Notes: generated by a model from the letters alone, not told the origin. A DNA stretch of 64,000 nucleotides from an uncultured virus (IMG/VR IMGVR_UViG_3300042485_000220) (IMGVR_UViG_3300042485_000220), one strand, 5' to 3'. Shown: positions 38,079 to 48,248, numbered from the stretch's first letter. Program-made: numbers and translations.

Positions 38079-39381
38079 TGTTCTTCTTGTTTTCTAGGTT
38101 GGTTATTCTTTTATCTATCTCTTGAACAGACTTCATAACTAATCCAATTACACTCACTGTATCCATTCTATCATGATCATTGCCAGATAGAATAGTTGGA
38201 GTATCTTCTGCTATGAAACCTATCCTTGTATCTTCATCATTTTGTTCCACTTCATAGTTGTATGAAACTATATCCACTTCATTTAAAATATCAACTGCTG
38301 AAGGAGCAAATGGTTGAATGTTTTCTTTTGCATCTCTAGATGAAGTATTAAAAAAACTTGCAGCACCTAACGCACCATTAGTCCACCAAGCATCACTACG
38401 TCCAAGCCAAGGCACACCTTGATTAGCACTAGAATACAATCCTTGAAAACCAGGAACCTTCATGAAGTTTGATGTATAAATGTTTGCAGGAGTTGCAACA
38501 GGACCAAATGTAGGATAACTATATGTATACAAACCTTGGTTATATGAAGCAGATGTACCTGTTGGTCCTTGTCCTCCTTGACCACCTGTTGGTCCTTGAG
38601 GTCCTGGAGGGCCAGTTGGACCTTGTGGTCCTGGTGCACCTATTGGACCTGTTCCTCCTGGTGCCCCTGTTGGGCCTGTACCACCTTGAGGTCCTGTACC
38701 ACCATTTACACCTGATGGACCTTTACCACCTTGTGCACCTTGAGGTCCTTGAGGACCTGTTGGTCCTTGTGGTCCAGTTGCTCCATTTGATCCAGAAGTT
38801 CCACTTACTCCACTAGCACCAGAGTTTCCAGAACTGCCAGAGTTTCCAGAACTGCCACTAGTACCTATTGCACCAGTTGTACCAGAAGAACCAGTACTTC
38901 CTGATGTACCATTTGTACCTGAACTTGCAGAAGATCCATCTGATCCTGCTGTTCCTGCTGTTCCAGCTGTACCAGAAGAGGCTGAAGTTCCTGAGGAACC
39001 ACTGTCTCCACTTGTAGCAGAAGAACCTGCATCACCAGAACTACCAGAAGTAGCAGAGCTACCATCTGTTCCTGTTGTTGCTGCAGTACCTGCTGTACCA
39101 GAAGTACCAGAGGACCCATCAGTACCTGTTGTTCCTGATGTACCAGATGAACCAGAAGTTCCAGCTGAACCATTGAATCCTGTTAAGGAAACGTTCCAGC
39201 TGCTGTAAGTACCACTACCTACAACTTCATAAGGTTCAACAACCAATGCACCAGTGGAAGGATTGTAAGATACAACCCTTCCTGTGATATAGTTATTCCC
39301 ATCATGAGCAACTTTGACAAAGTCATTAGTTTTGAACTCTTTATTCAGGGAAATATTAAAAGTTAAATTACTGTAAGGCAT
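38068..39381 (-). CDS. Collagen-like fibre C with S74 chaperone
   Basis: GTS/GTD triplets, collagen and SSRDAK...IGFIAED...MKSVQEI. Confidence 0.8.
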   Translation of the reverse strand: MPYSNLTFNISLNKEFKTNDFVKVAHDGNNYITGRVVSYNPSTGALVVEPYEVVGSGTYSSWNVSLTGFNGSAGTSGSSGTSGTTGTDGSSGTSGTAGTAATTGTDGSSATSGSSGDAGSSATSGDSGSSGTSASSGTAGTAGTAGSDGSSASSGTNGTSGSTGSSGTTGAIGTSGSSGNSGSSGNSGASGVSGTSGSNGATGPQGPTGPQGPQGAQGGKGPSGVNGGTGPQGGTGPTGAPGGTGPIGAPGPQGPTGPPGPQGPTGGQGGQGPTGTSASYNQGLYTYSYPTFGPVATPANIYTSNFMKVPGFQGLYSSANQGVPWLGRSDAWWTNGALGAASFFNTSSRDAKENIQPFAPSAVDILNEVDIVSYNYEVEQNDEDTRIGFIAEDTPTILSGNDHDRMDTVSVIGLVMKSVQEIDKRITNLENKKNNAI

Positions 39382-39390
39382 ATTTATTTA

Positions 39391-42300
39391 TTAAGCAGGA
39401 GGTAAGGTTTCTGTTGTTCCACTTGTTCCTGAATACACTGTTGTTTCACCTGATGTTGCTGCAGTTCCAGAAGATGCTGCAGTTCCAGAAGTACCAGATG
39501 TTCCAGCTGTACCACTTGAACCAGAGCTTGCAGAAGTACCAGAAGATGCACTTGTACCTGATGATCCACTAGTTCCAGATGAACCAGAGGTTCCACTAGT
39601 TCCAGAGCTACCATCAGTACCTGAAGTTGCGTCTCTACCACTTGTACCTGCAGATGCACTTGTTCCAGCAGTTCCAGAAGATCCACTTACACCAATAATA
39701 TTAAAGTAAAATACATCATTAACATCTGGATCAGGACCTGCAGAAGCAATCTGTGAAACATTGTATTGCTCATAACCAGCCTCAAATGGAGCAGTAGATG
39801 TAATTAATAATATTTTATATGTATTCTTGTCATCATTCTTAACAATCTTGATTACAGTGTTAGGTTGTAAGTAGTCAAGATATGCTGAGAAGTTAATTGC
39901 TGGGTCATAAGATACGTTGTCAATAGCAATACTTGTTGTAGTTGTACCCCAAGTCAAGCCACTGCTTAGAGCAAAGAAACCACTGCCTGGATCTGTTCCT
40001 GTGTTTGTAGAACTTGATAATCTCCAAGTAGATAAGTTACCATCCAAGCCTTGTAAACCAGAAGTACCTGAGGTACCATCACCTCCAGCAGCACCACCTA
40101 AGTTTACTTGCCATGCTGTATATGTACCAGAACCAGAAGTAGCAGTTACATCTACAGACATAGCACCTGTGCCAGCATTGTAAGATATAATATCACCACC
40201 CATGCTATTACTACCATCAAAAGCAATAACAACTACCTGACCTACAGTATATGCAAGTCCTGTATCAACAGTAAGATTTTTTGTACCAGTTCCTATTGCT
40301 AAACTACTACTAGATGTTGTTTTATATAAGTCTCCAGAAAGACCTGCTGTACCAGAAGAGCCACTTGTTCCAGAAAGACCAGAGGTTCCAGCAGAAGCAC
40401 TTGTACCTGAAGTACCTGAACTTCCATCAGTACCTGAAGAACCATCTGTACCACTTGAACCATTTGTTCCACTTGAGCCTGAAGTTCCATTAGAACCATC
40501 AGTACCACTTGTTCCACTTGTTCCAGCAGTACCTGATGAACCATCAGTTCCTGTTGTACCACTTGTTCCAGATGAGCCATCTGTACCACTAGTGCCTGAA
40601 GAACCATCTGTGCCAGATGAACCATCTGTTCCAGAAGATCCACTAGATCCACTTGTCGCACTTGTACCACTTGTACCTGTAGTGCCACTTGTACCTGAGC
40701 TACCATCTGTTCCACTAGATCCATCAGTACCACTTGATCCATCTGTACCAGTAGTTCCAGAAGTACCTGTTGTACCTGAGGTGCCTGTTGTACCAGAAGA
40801 ACCAGAAGTGCCAGAGCTAGCTGATGTACCTGAACTTGCTGATGTACCACTTGAGCCATCAGTTCCAGAAGTACCATCTATTCCAGAGGTGCCACTGCTT
40901 CCATCTGTACCAGCTGTTCCTGAGCTACCATCTGTTCCAGAAGAACCTGATGATGCAGAAGATCCAGAGGTTCCACTTGATCCAGAAGTACCAGAAGAGC
41001 CATCAGTTCCTGAGCTTCCATCAGTACCAGTTGTACCTGATGTACCAGCAGTAGCTGATGTGCCACTTGATCCAGAAGATGCTGAAGTTCCACTTGATCC
41101 AGATGTAGCACTTGTACCTGCAGTTCCACTAGAACCATCTGTTCCAGCAGTAGCTGAAGTTCCAGAAGAGCCAGAAGTACCAGCTGTACCATCTGCAGCA
41201 CTTGTACCAGAAGATCCAGATGTTCCTGCAGTACCTGAAGTACCACTCACTGCTACACCAATTTGTTTAGCGTAAACAATAACTGATGGAGCAAAAGGAG
41301 AATCATATGGATTGCCAGGAGCCACTGTTGCTGGGATAGCCTTAAGTCTAACTGTTGTATCAGAAGAAGCAAATACCCATTCTACATAATCACCTGCATT
41401 TAAGTCTAAGAAATATCCTACATATGGAAGTTGTTCTTCTTCTTGACCATTTAATTCTAAAGAAGATTTACTATTAGGTTCATCTACACCATTTACTCTT
41501 AGCCATATAAATACTGTAGCTAAACCAGGAGTTTGTTTGTCAATCTGTGCTGAGAACGCAAACTCATATTGTCCAGGGTATGCCACTTCAAGTCTTGTAC
41601 CTGAAACTAATGTAATACCATATGCTAAATCTGTAAAAGTATAAGACCAAACTGTTGGTGTGTTCGCAGCAATTACATCTTGTGTAGTTGCTGAATGCCA
41701 TTGACCATACCAGTTAGCAATTGCTGCTCCAGTAGAACCATCTTTACCAGATGTTCCACTAGTTCCTACAGTACCAGAAGATGCTGATGTACCACTGCTT
41801 CCACTTGTTCCAGTTGTACCACTCGTTCCAGTTGTACCTGTTGTACCACTTGTTCCAGCAGAACCTGATGTACCAGTAGAACCAGAGGTTCCTGCTGTTG
41901 CAGAACTACCAGAACTACCAGAACTTCCTGATGTACCTGCAGTTGCAGATGTTCCAGAAGATCCATCAGTTCCAGAACTACCATTTGTACCAGAGCTACC
42001 AGAAGATGCTGACGTACCTGAAGACCCAGAAGTACCAACTGAACCTGAGGTTCCAGCACTACCACTAGTACCACTTGATCCATCACCACCTGCTGCTCCA
42101 GCTAGGTTTACTGTCCATACTGAGTATGTTCCAGAACCAACAACATCTGTAGGAGCTAAAAATGTTAAAACACCTGTTGAAGGATTATAAGAACTAATTT
42201 CAGAAGTTTGAAAGTTATTTGGATCATATGCTATTAAAACATTCTGTGCTGTTGTATAAGCTAAACCTAGTCCAACAACAATAGATCCTGCACTACCTAA

Positions 42301-42834
42301 TGTAAACGTGCTACTAGATATTGTTGCATATCTATCACCTGAGATACCAGAGGAACCTGAACTACCTGAAGAACCAGAAGTTGCAGAAGATCCTGAGCTA
42401 CCAGATGAACCTGATGAACCAGAACTGCCACCAGTACCACTAGTTGCAGCTGTACCAGAAGTACCTGCTTTACCACTAGATCCAGAACTTCCAGAAGAAC
42501 CTGAAGTGCCTGATGAACCATTGTTACCAGACGAACCTGAGGTACCATTTGTACCAGATGTTCCTGTTTTACCAGAGGTACCAGAAGAACCTGTTAATCC
42601 TGATGTACCAGAAGACCCAGAGACACCACTAGATCCATTAGTACCAGATGCACCACTGGTACCAGAAGTACCATATAGTCCTGAGCCACAGATGGCATCA
42701 TTAAGTTTTTCAATTATGGTTTCAAGATTGTCATTGGTATTAATACCAGAGCATATTAGATTAGGACCTTCATAGAATACGCAGGTCGAATCCAATATTA
42801 CAGGACAAGTTTGTGCTGAGCAAGTAACGTTCAT
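39391..42834 (-). CDS. Long Gly-Ser/Thr-repeat fibre with Cys-rich N-terminus and C1q/BclA-like domain
   Basis: CVFYEGPNL.C head, several (GTS/GSS/GTD)n blocks, two copies of the fibre N-domain, and a PGQYEFAFSAQI..IWLRVNG..LNAGDYVE domain. Confidence 0.75.
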   Translation of the reverse strand: MNVTCSAQTCPVILDSTCVFYEGPNLICSGINTNDNLETIIEKLNDAICGSGLYGTSGTSGASGTNGSSGVSGSSGTSGLTGSSGTSGKTGTSGTNGTSGSSGNNGSSGTSGSSGSSGSSGKAGTSGTAATSGTGGSSGSSGSSGSSGSSATSGSSGSSGSSGISGDRYATISSSTFTLGSAGSIVVGLGLAYTTAQNVLIAYDPNNFQTSEISSYNPSTGVLTFLAPTDVVGSGTYSVWTVNLAGAAGGDGSSGTSGSAGTSGSVGTSGSSGTSASSGSSGTNGSSGTDGSSGTSATAGTSGSSGSSGSSATAGTSGSTGTSGSAGTSGTTGTTGTSGTTGTSGSSGTSASSGTVGTSGTSGKDGSTGAAIANWYGQWHSATTQDVIAANTPTVWSYTFTDLAYGITLVSGTRLEVAYPGQYEFAFSAQIDKQTPGLATVFIWLRVNGVDEPNSKSSLELNGQEEEQLPYVGYFLDLNAGDYVEWVFASSDTTVRLKAIPATVAPGNPYDSPFAPSVIVYAKQIGVAVSGTSGTAGTSGSSGTSAADGTAGTSGSSGTSATAGTDGSSGTAGTSATSGSSGTSASSGSSGTSATAGTSGTTGTDGSSGTDGSSGTSGSSGTSGSSASSGSSGTDGSSGTAGTDGSSGTSGIDGTSGTDGSSGTSASSGTSASSGTSGSSGTTGTSGTTGTSGTTGTDGSSGTDGSSGTDGSSGTSGTTGTSGTSATSGSSGSSGTDGSSGTDGSSGTSGTDGSSGTSGTTGTDGSSGTAGTSGTSGTDGSNGTSGSSGTNGSSGTDGSSGTDGSSGTSGTSASAGTSGLSGTSGSSGTAGLSGDLYKTTSSSSLAIGTGTKNLTVDTGLAYTVGQVVVIAFDGSNSMGGDIISYNAGTGAMSVDVTATSGSGTYTAWQVNLGGAAGGDGTSGTSGLQGLDGNLSTWRLSSSTNTGTDPGSGFFALSSGLTWGTTTTSIAIDNVSYDPAINFSAYLDYLQPNTVIKIVKNDDKNTYKILLITSTAPFEAGYEQYNVSQIASAGPDPDVNDVFYFNIIGVSGSSGTAGTSASAGTSGRDATSGTDGSSGTSGTSGSSGTSGSSGTSASSGTSASSGSSGTAGTSGTSGTAASSGTAATSGETTVYSGTSGTTETLPPA
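40340..41248 (-). repeat. Largest Gly-X-Y (GTS/GSS/GTD) coding repeat block
   Basis: About 900 bp of degenerate 9-nt periodic repeats. Confidence 0.85.
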
Positions 42835-42890
42835 GTTTTTAGATTGTGATGTTATAACAATTTTTTGCTATACATATGTGTATGATATAC

Positions 42891-42961
42891 AATAAGGTGC
42901 ACAACTAGATATAGCATGTGCACCCTTATTAGCAAAAGTAATGAATTTAATTTATTTTCAA
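42891..42961 (-). promoter_or_regulatory. Promoter (TACTTTTG 42940-42933) followed by a long 5' hairpin
   Basis: Stem AATAAGGTGCACA...TGTGCACCCTTATT at 42891-42930. Confidence 0.6.
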
Positions 42962-42999
42962 TGAGTTAGGAAAATTATTCCTACATAATATAGCAATAA

Positions 43000-45900
43000 C
43001 TATCTATTTTGTTTCTGTATAGTTATGTCAAACTCTGTAGCAAATTCAGGGCTAAAGATAGCTCCATAAGTTAAGAAAGATTTAGTTACAGGAGCTGCTT
43101 TCATTAAGTATTTAATAGGTCTTGCTTTCTTTCTAGCTTCTTCGTCTGTTGTGCTTGGATCAAAGTCCATGCCTGTTGTTTCTATAAAGAAGTGTCTTGT
43201 AAATTTAGTTACATCATCTAATAGACCAATTGCTGGGAAGATGCTACCACTAGCTAGCTTTTGTACCTCAGCAGGATTGTAGAAGAATGAAAGCTCACCT
43301 ACAAATCTATCAACTACCTTTTGACTATATCTATGGAAGTTTCTAGAAGCTCTATCTCCTTCATCATCATCTGGGGCCATTACACCAAGAGCAAGCATTG
43401 CTCCAAACAAAGATAACAAGATAGTTAATTCCTTAAGCTGGTTACGTAAGTTGTTTCTAACCATATCTATAAAGTCATCCTTAGACATAGTCATTTCTTC
43501 ACCAGTTCTTTTCTTGAACTCCTGAGCGTATTCAAAGAACATTCTATCAAGCTCTGCAATACCAGCATCGTTCATAGCAAGAATGTCCTTGATATAATTA
43601 CTACGTTCCATTATAGATCTTCCTAATACAGAACCTAGTAGACGAAGCCTACCAATATCATAACTTTCTCCTTCTATACCTTCTTCTCCAAACTCTACAG
43701 AGAAGTCATTTGATACCTTTCTAAATTCAGAGAAACGTGTATCAGCAAGTTTAGGAATCCATCTTTTAAATACCATCATACTAGCTGTCCAAATAGACAT
43801 GCCCATTCTGTTCATGTTTTCCTTACTAGTATTACCAGTTGCTGCTTCAGATAGACGTCTACTTAATAACCCCAGTCTTTGTAACTCTTTCTTGTTGCTT
43901 AGATCCAAACCAGGGATGACTAACTTGCCATCTTCCATCTTTGATGTAACAGCAATAGATTTGTCTTTCTTTAACTCCTCTATCTCCTTCTCTATCAAAG
44001 GTTTAGTTTCTCTATATTTAGCTTGACTAGAGTTACGATCTTTATATTTGTTTTTTACATATTTAGGAATACTCACAATCTTACCATCTACTACCATTGT
44101 GTTTTCTAATAATGTAAAGAAGGTTGCCTTTTCTGCATGTTGTTCAGGATACTTCATAAAGATCATCAACATGTCTCCTAGATTGTTCTGAGTTAATGTA
44201 GTTAAACCTGCTTTCTTAAATAGCTCATAAGAAGGGTCTTCTGAAAGAGGTAAGAATGTATTAAGTAGTTGAACAAACTTTTCTTTATCACCTACATTTT
44301 GTAATAAAAGCTTTGCTTCATTCTTAGCAAACTCTCTAGCTTTGAAGTATTCTCCTGCTTGGGCAGCCATCTGAATGTTTGTACCAAATGCATTGACAGC
44401 ACCTGATAAAAACTCAAGACCAAGAGTCTTTATTTGGAATCCTCTATTCATAGCATCCATGGTTTTAATCATAGATGTTGCTGATACTTCTTCATTTGGT
44501 TTAAATACTTCTCTTCCAGCTATAGAATTAACTACACCTTTCATACCATTTACCACCTTGCCAAAGTACAAAGGAGTGTCTGTATCAGATAGTACATACT
44601 TTTGTTCATAGAAGACAGCTCTTGTAAACTCATCTAAGGTCTTCATGTTTTCAGCATTACCTGTCATCACCTTAGGTTCACCATCATCATCCAATACAAT
44701 ATTACTCACTCTATCCACAGCAAGGTGAGCGTTCTTAAATTCTTCAATTGTACTTAAGAACTTAACTTGTTCTTCTACCTCTGTTAGATATTTGTATTTA
44801 TTAATCTGTTGGATGTACAAAATCATGTTCTTAAATAAGTCTTCACTCACCTCAGAATAATCATTTACACCATCTGTATTTGTAAAGTCATATGTATAAT
44901 ACTTAGGTATAGAGTTTTCCATCTTACCTGTAATCTCATCAAACTTACCATATCCTACATCATCAGGATTAATCTTTAAGCTTTGATAGAAGTTTTCCAT
45001 TACAGATAACTTACCATCCCAAACAAGACTCTCTGCCATTGTCTTTCTAACAAATGGTAAGAAGAAAGAAGATATAGAGTTTTGAATAAATCCTTCATCT
45101 TTAGCTTTTTTATTAGTCTTGCTAATAAAGTTATACAACGCAAATAGATCTGGATCATTCTTAATGTCCTTATACTCAGCTGATTCCCACTTACTTAAAG
45201 GATGGTTTTTAATGATGTAGTTGTTCCAACCATTAAAATCCTTTCTAGTTATATCATACTTACGACTCTCTTGAATAATTGCTTTCTCTCTTTTCTCTAC
45301 AATCTCTGGACTGTTACCAGGGAAGTCATCATTGATACGCTTAAGATTCTTTTCTAATACAGCATCAGCTTCTTTCTTATATGCTTCTATGTCAATGTTA
45401 TTTTTAAGCCAAGTTATATCTCCTCCTGCTGCAGCTTTGGCATCAACTTCACTACGAAACTTTTCATCATACTTGTAGATCAGTCTGTTTATCCATTGTC
45501 CCTTCTCATCCTTTTGATATACCTTCTTGATAGTTTGTCTGATATCACCACCTCTTTTAACAAACCTCTCTCTGATCTCCATTAGCTCTTTAATCTCTTC
45601 TAAGGAATCAGCATTAGCATTGCTTCTAGCTTGTCTATTTAATTTAGCAAGTACATTCAAAGATCTTTGTCCAAGGTCTTCTACACCTCTAAAGTTAGCA
45701 GCCAATCCTTTTGTAACAACCTCAGGCTTGGTTAATCCTGTTGTTAAGTTTCTTTGACCTATATGTTTATCTGCAAACTTAAAAGCAATGTCAATAAGCT
45801 CTTGCTTAGACTTGTAGATGTTCTTAGCTTCCTTTTCAAGGTTAGCTCTTAATTCTCTTAACTCAGTAAGTAACTTTTTATCTTCATCAGTCTTAGCGTC

Positions 45901-48234
45901 TATTTCCATCTCAGGACTATATATAAGATCACCAATCTCAGCATCAACTCTATCAAAGATTTCAGCAGTCTCTATATAGTTTCTTAACTCTCCTGCAAAC
46001 TCAGACAGTTCTTCATTAGTAGAGTCTTCAGAAGAAGCATCTCTATCTTTGAATATAGTGTCATATGTATTGATGATTTGCTCTCCCTTAGCTCTAGTTG
46101 TTAGAATTACATTGATTAATTCAGCAATGTTTCCTGTTCCTTGTGCAAGACGAATAGCTCTCTTAAGTTCTCTCATACGAGCATACTTAAATTGACGCTC
46201 TTCCTCTTCAGCTTTCTGACCAGAGATACGCTCGTATAGAGTATTTAACTTTGCCAAATACTTATCAAGTTTTTCATAACCAGTAGACTCTGTCTTTTCA
46301 GATACAGGAAGTAATCTTAAGTCTGTAATCTCTTTTGCATTTACAGAACCTATTGCTATACCTTTTATAACATTCTCAGATGTACCATCTGGTTTGTTCT
46401 GTGTTTCCATCTTCATCATTATAGGAATAGCTCTAGTCATACCAAAGCTCTTAACTCCATAATAGTTACGTAAGATGTCTTTGTAAGTTCCTAACTGTAT
46501 ATCATATGCCCCTTGTTTAAAGAACGCTACATCTTCTGAACCTTCTGCAAACTGCAAGAACTTCCAGTCTAGTATATGCGTTTTACCATCTGGCTCAATT
46601 GCTAAGAAGTCAATTGTACCAGCTTCTTTATCTTTAGGATTGTATATAATAACCTCAGCTCTAATGATTGTACCCTCTGGGAAACTATCAATTAATTTTA
46701 CATAATAGTTTTCAAGAAGTTGATACATCTGTTTAGTCTCTAAGTTAAATGTGCTTGGAGCATCTACAGGTTTTACTCTTCTTGTACCATCTTCATTATA
46801 GTATCTATGATGGATATCCTCAAGATCTTGGTGTCCTTTAACACCAAACTTTCTTTTTAGTTCATTGAACTCTTTCTCTTGTTTAGTAAACACCTTACCA
46901 GGAAACTTCTTTTTATACCAAGCCTTTACTCTGTCAGTAACTCTCTTGAGTACTTTTTCAGTTGTACCATCAGGTTTCTGAGCTTGATAAAAGTTACTTG
47001 CTTCTTCTGAATCTAATAGAATAGGATCTACCTTTTCTTGATCTTCATAAACCTTAGTTATAGTATTCTTAGTTTGATCTAAGCTATCTGTAATTTTTTT
47101 CTGAGCATCAGACAATTGGAAGAATATACCTCCTTGTTTGATGTCAGCTATATCACCACTGATATCTCCTGATCCTATCTGAGAAGCTACCTCTGTAAAT
47201 ATATCAATGTTTGCTTTTCTATACATTCCATTAATGAAATCAAGAATAGCATTCCATAGGTTTCTTACAAAAGATTGATTAATTTCTTCTCTTAACTCAG
47301 GGAACTGATCTGTGTTCTCCATTTGGTTAACAATCAGTTCAGTTATTAACTTATCTACAGCCTCCTTCTTTATCTTACGAATGTCAGGTTTGCCATTAGG
47401 AAGTGTATAAGTGTCTTTATATGCATCATATGTTTCCTTGTAGATTTTAAATCTATCTATCTTAGAAATCATTTGAGTGATTAATCCAGGATTAGTTTGT
47501 TCTATCATAGCTGTAGCTATGTGTACCATCTCCTCTGTTAATGCTTGTCCTTCTTGTTGATTAGCTATGGCTATGACACCTCTAGTAAGGTCAGCTAATG
47601 CTGTCTTACCTTTTACATCAATGTCTGTGTTTTTTGCATATTCATATAAGTCTTCTATGCTAACACCCATTTTAGCAAGCACTTCTTTTATCTTAGCCAC
47701 AGTCTGTGGAGAAGCAATAGAACTTGCCATGTTCTTATCTTGGAAATAAATATTAGTAGGATCAAAGCTATACTTAATCCCTCCTTCAACAAACTGTACA
47801 TTGAATGCACCAAGTGATTCAAGTTCTTGTCTTCTTGCTGTCTTACGTGCTACCACCCCTTCTCCACTAGGGATAGCTTCAGTTCTCACTTGTGTATTAT
47901 CATATCCACCTTTGTCAATAGCAAATGATCCTTCATTAAGTACAGACTTAAATTGATTAGGTCCAGGTGTTACTATATCTGATTGAAATTTATCACCATT
48001 TACTATTAATGGTTCACCATTTTCATCAACTACTTTAGAACCTTGCTTTCTTTCCCAATCACCAAACCAGTTCTTAAATGAACCAGTGTACACCTGTGCC
48101 CATAGACGTAAGGCTTGCTCCTTGTCTTTTACAAGATCTTGCAGAGTTTTATATAGAGTAGAAGGCTGCCCATTAGGAGCTTCTACTCTTTCAATTACAC
48201 CATCATCATTTCTAAATACTTGACATTCAGCCAT
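43000..48234 (-). CDS. Large virion/ejection polyvalent protein with PD-(D/E)XK nuclease domain
   Basis: AGTIDFLAIEPDGKTHILDWK; N-terminal FKNWFGDW..SKVVDENGEP; hydrophobic segment near the C-terminus; adjacent to the vRNAP gene. Confidence 0.7.
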   Translation of the reverse strand: MAECQVFRNDDGVIERVEAPNGQPSTLYKTLQDLVKDKEQALRLWAQVYTGSFKNWFGDWERKQGSKVVDENGEPLIVNGDKFQSDIVTPGPNQFKSVLNEGSFAIDKGGYDNTQVRTEAIPSGEGVVARKTARRQELESLGAFNVQFVEGGIKYSFDPTNIYFQDKNMASSIASPQTVAKIKEVLAKMGVSIEDLYEYAKNTDIDVKGKTALADLTRGVIAIANQQEGQALTEEMVHIATAMIEQTNPGLITQMISKIDRFKIYKETYDAYKDTYTLPNGKPDIRKIKKEAVDKLITELIVNQMENTDQFPELREEINQSFVRNLWNAILDFINGMYRKANIDIFTEVASQIGSGDISGDIADIKQGGIFFQLSDAQKKITDSLDQTKNTITKVYEDQEKVDPILLDSEEASNFYQAQKPDGTTEKVLKRVTDRVKAWYKKKFPGKVFTKQEKEFNELKRKFGVKGHQDLEDIHHRYYNEDGTRRVKPVDAPSTFNLETKQMYQLLENYYVKLIDSFPEGTIIRAEVIIYNPKDKEAGTIDFLAIEPDGKTHILDWKFLQFAEGSEDVAFFKQGAYDIQLGTYKDILRNYYGVKSFGMTRAIPIMMKMETQNKPDGTSENVIKGIAIGSVNAKEITDLRLLPVSEKTESTGYEKLDKYLAKLNTLYERISGQKAEEEERQFKYARMRELKRAIRLAQGTGNIAELINVILTTRAKGEQIINTYDTIFKDRDASSEDSTNEELSEFAGELRNYIETAEIFDRVDAEIGDLIYSPEMEIDAKTDEDKKLLTELRELRANLEKEAKNIYKSKQELIDIAFKFADKHIGQRNLTTGLTKPEVVTKGLAANFRGVEDLGQRSLNVLAKLNRQARSNANADSLEEIKELMEIRERFVKRGGDIRQTIKKVYQKDEKGQWINRLIYKYDEKFRSEVDAKAAAGGDITWLKNNIDIEAYKKEADAVLEKNLKRINDDFPGNSPEIVEKREKAIIQESRKYDITRKDFNGWNNYIIKNHPLSKWESAEYKDIKNDPDLFALYNFISKTNKKAKDEGFIQNSISSFFLPFVRKTMAESLVWDGKLSVMENFYQSLKINPDDVGYGKFDEITGKMENSIPKYYTYDFTNTDGVNDYSEVSEDLFKNMILYIQQINKYKYLTEVEEQVKFLSTIEEFKNAHLAVDRVSNIVLDDDGEPKVMTGNAENMKTLDEFTRAVFYEQKYVLSDTDTPLYFGKVVNGMKGVVNSIAGREVFKPNEEVSATSMIKTMDAMNRGFQIKTLGLEFLSGAVNAFGTNIQMAAQAGEYFKAREFAKNEAKLLLQNVGDKEKFVQLLNTFLPLSEDPSYELFKKAGLTTLTQNNLGDMLMIFMKYPEQHAEKATFFTLLENTMVVDGKIVSIPKYVKNKYKDRNSSQAKYRETKPLIEKEIEELKKDKSIAVTSKMEDGKLVIPGLDLSNKKELQRLGLLSRRLSEAATGNTSKENMNRMGMSIWTASMMVFKRWIPKLADTRFSEFRKVSNDFSVEFGEEGIEGESYDIGRLRLLGSVLGRSIMERSNYIKDILAMNDAGIAELDRMFFEYAQEFKKRTGEEMTMSKDDFIDMVRNNLRNQLKELTILLSLFGAMLALGVMAPDDDEGDRASRNFHRYSQKVVDRFVGELSFFYNPAEVQKLASGSIFPAIGLLDDVTKFTRHFFIETTGMDFDPSTTDEEARKKARPIKYLMKAAPVTKSFLTYGAIFSPEFATEFDITIQKQNR

Positions 48235-48248
48235 TTGGATTGATTTTA

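Noticed and set aside
35121..39381. Diversity-generating retroelement or invertible fibre cassette
   Set aside because: No reverse transcriptase or invertase is seen, and the paralogs differ broadly, not only at adenines.
39400..42672. Periodic repeats as a possible CRISPR array
   Set aside because: They are degenerate 9-nt codon repeats inside an ORF, with no constant repeat and unique spacers.
35471..42775. Many alternative-frame and antisense ORFs (PEVPEEP..., VLLVQQV...)
   Set aside because: They are shadows of the Gly-X-Y repeat coding on the minus strand.
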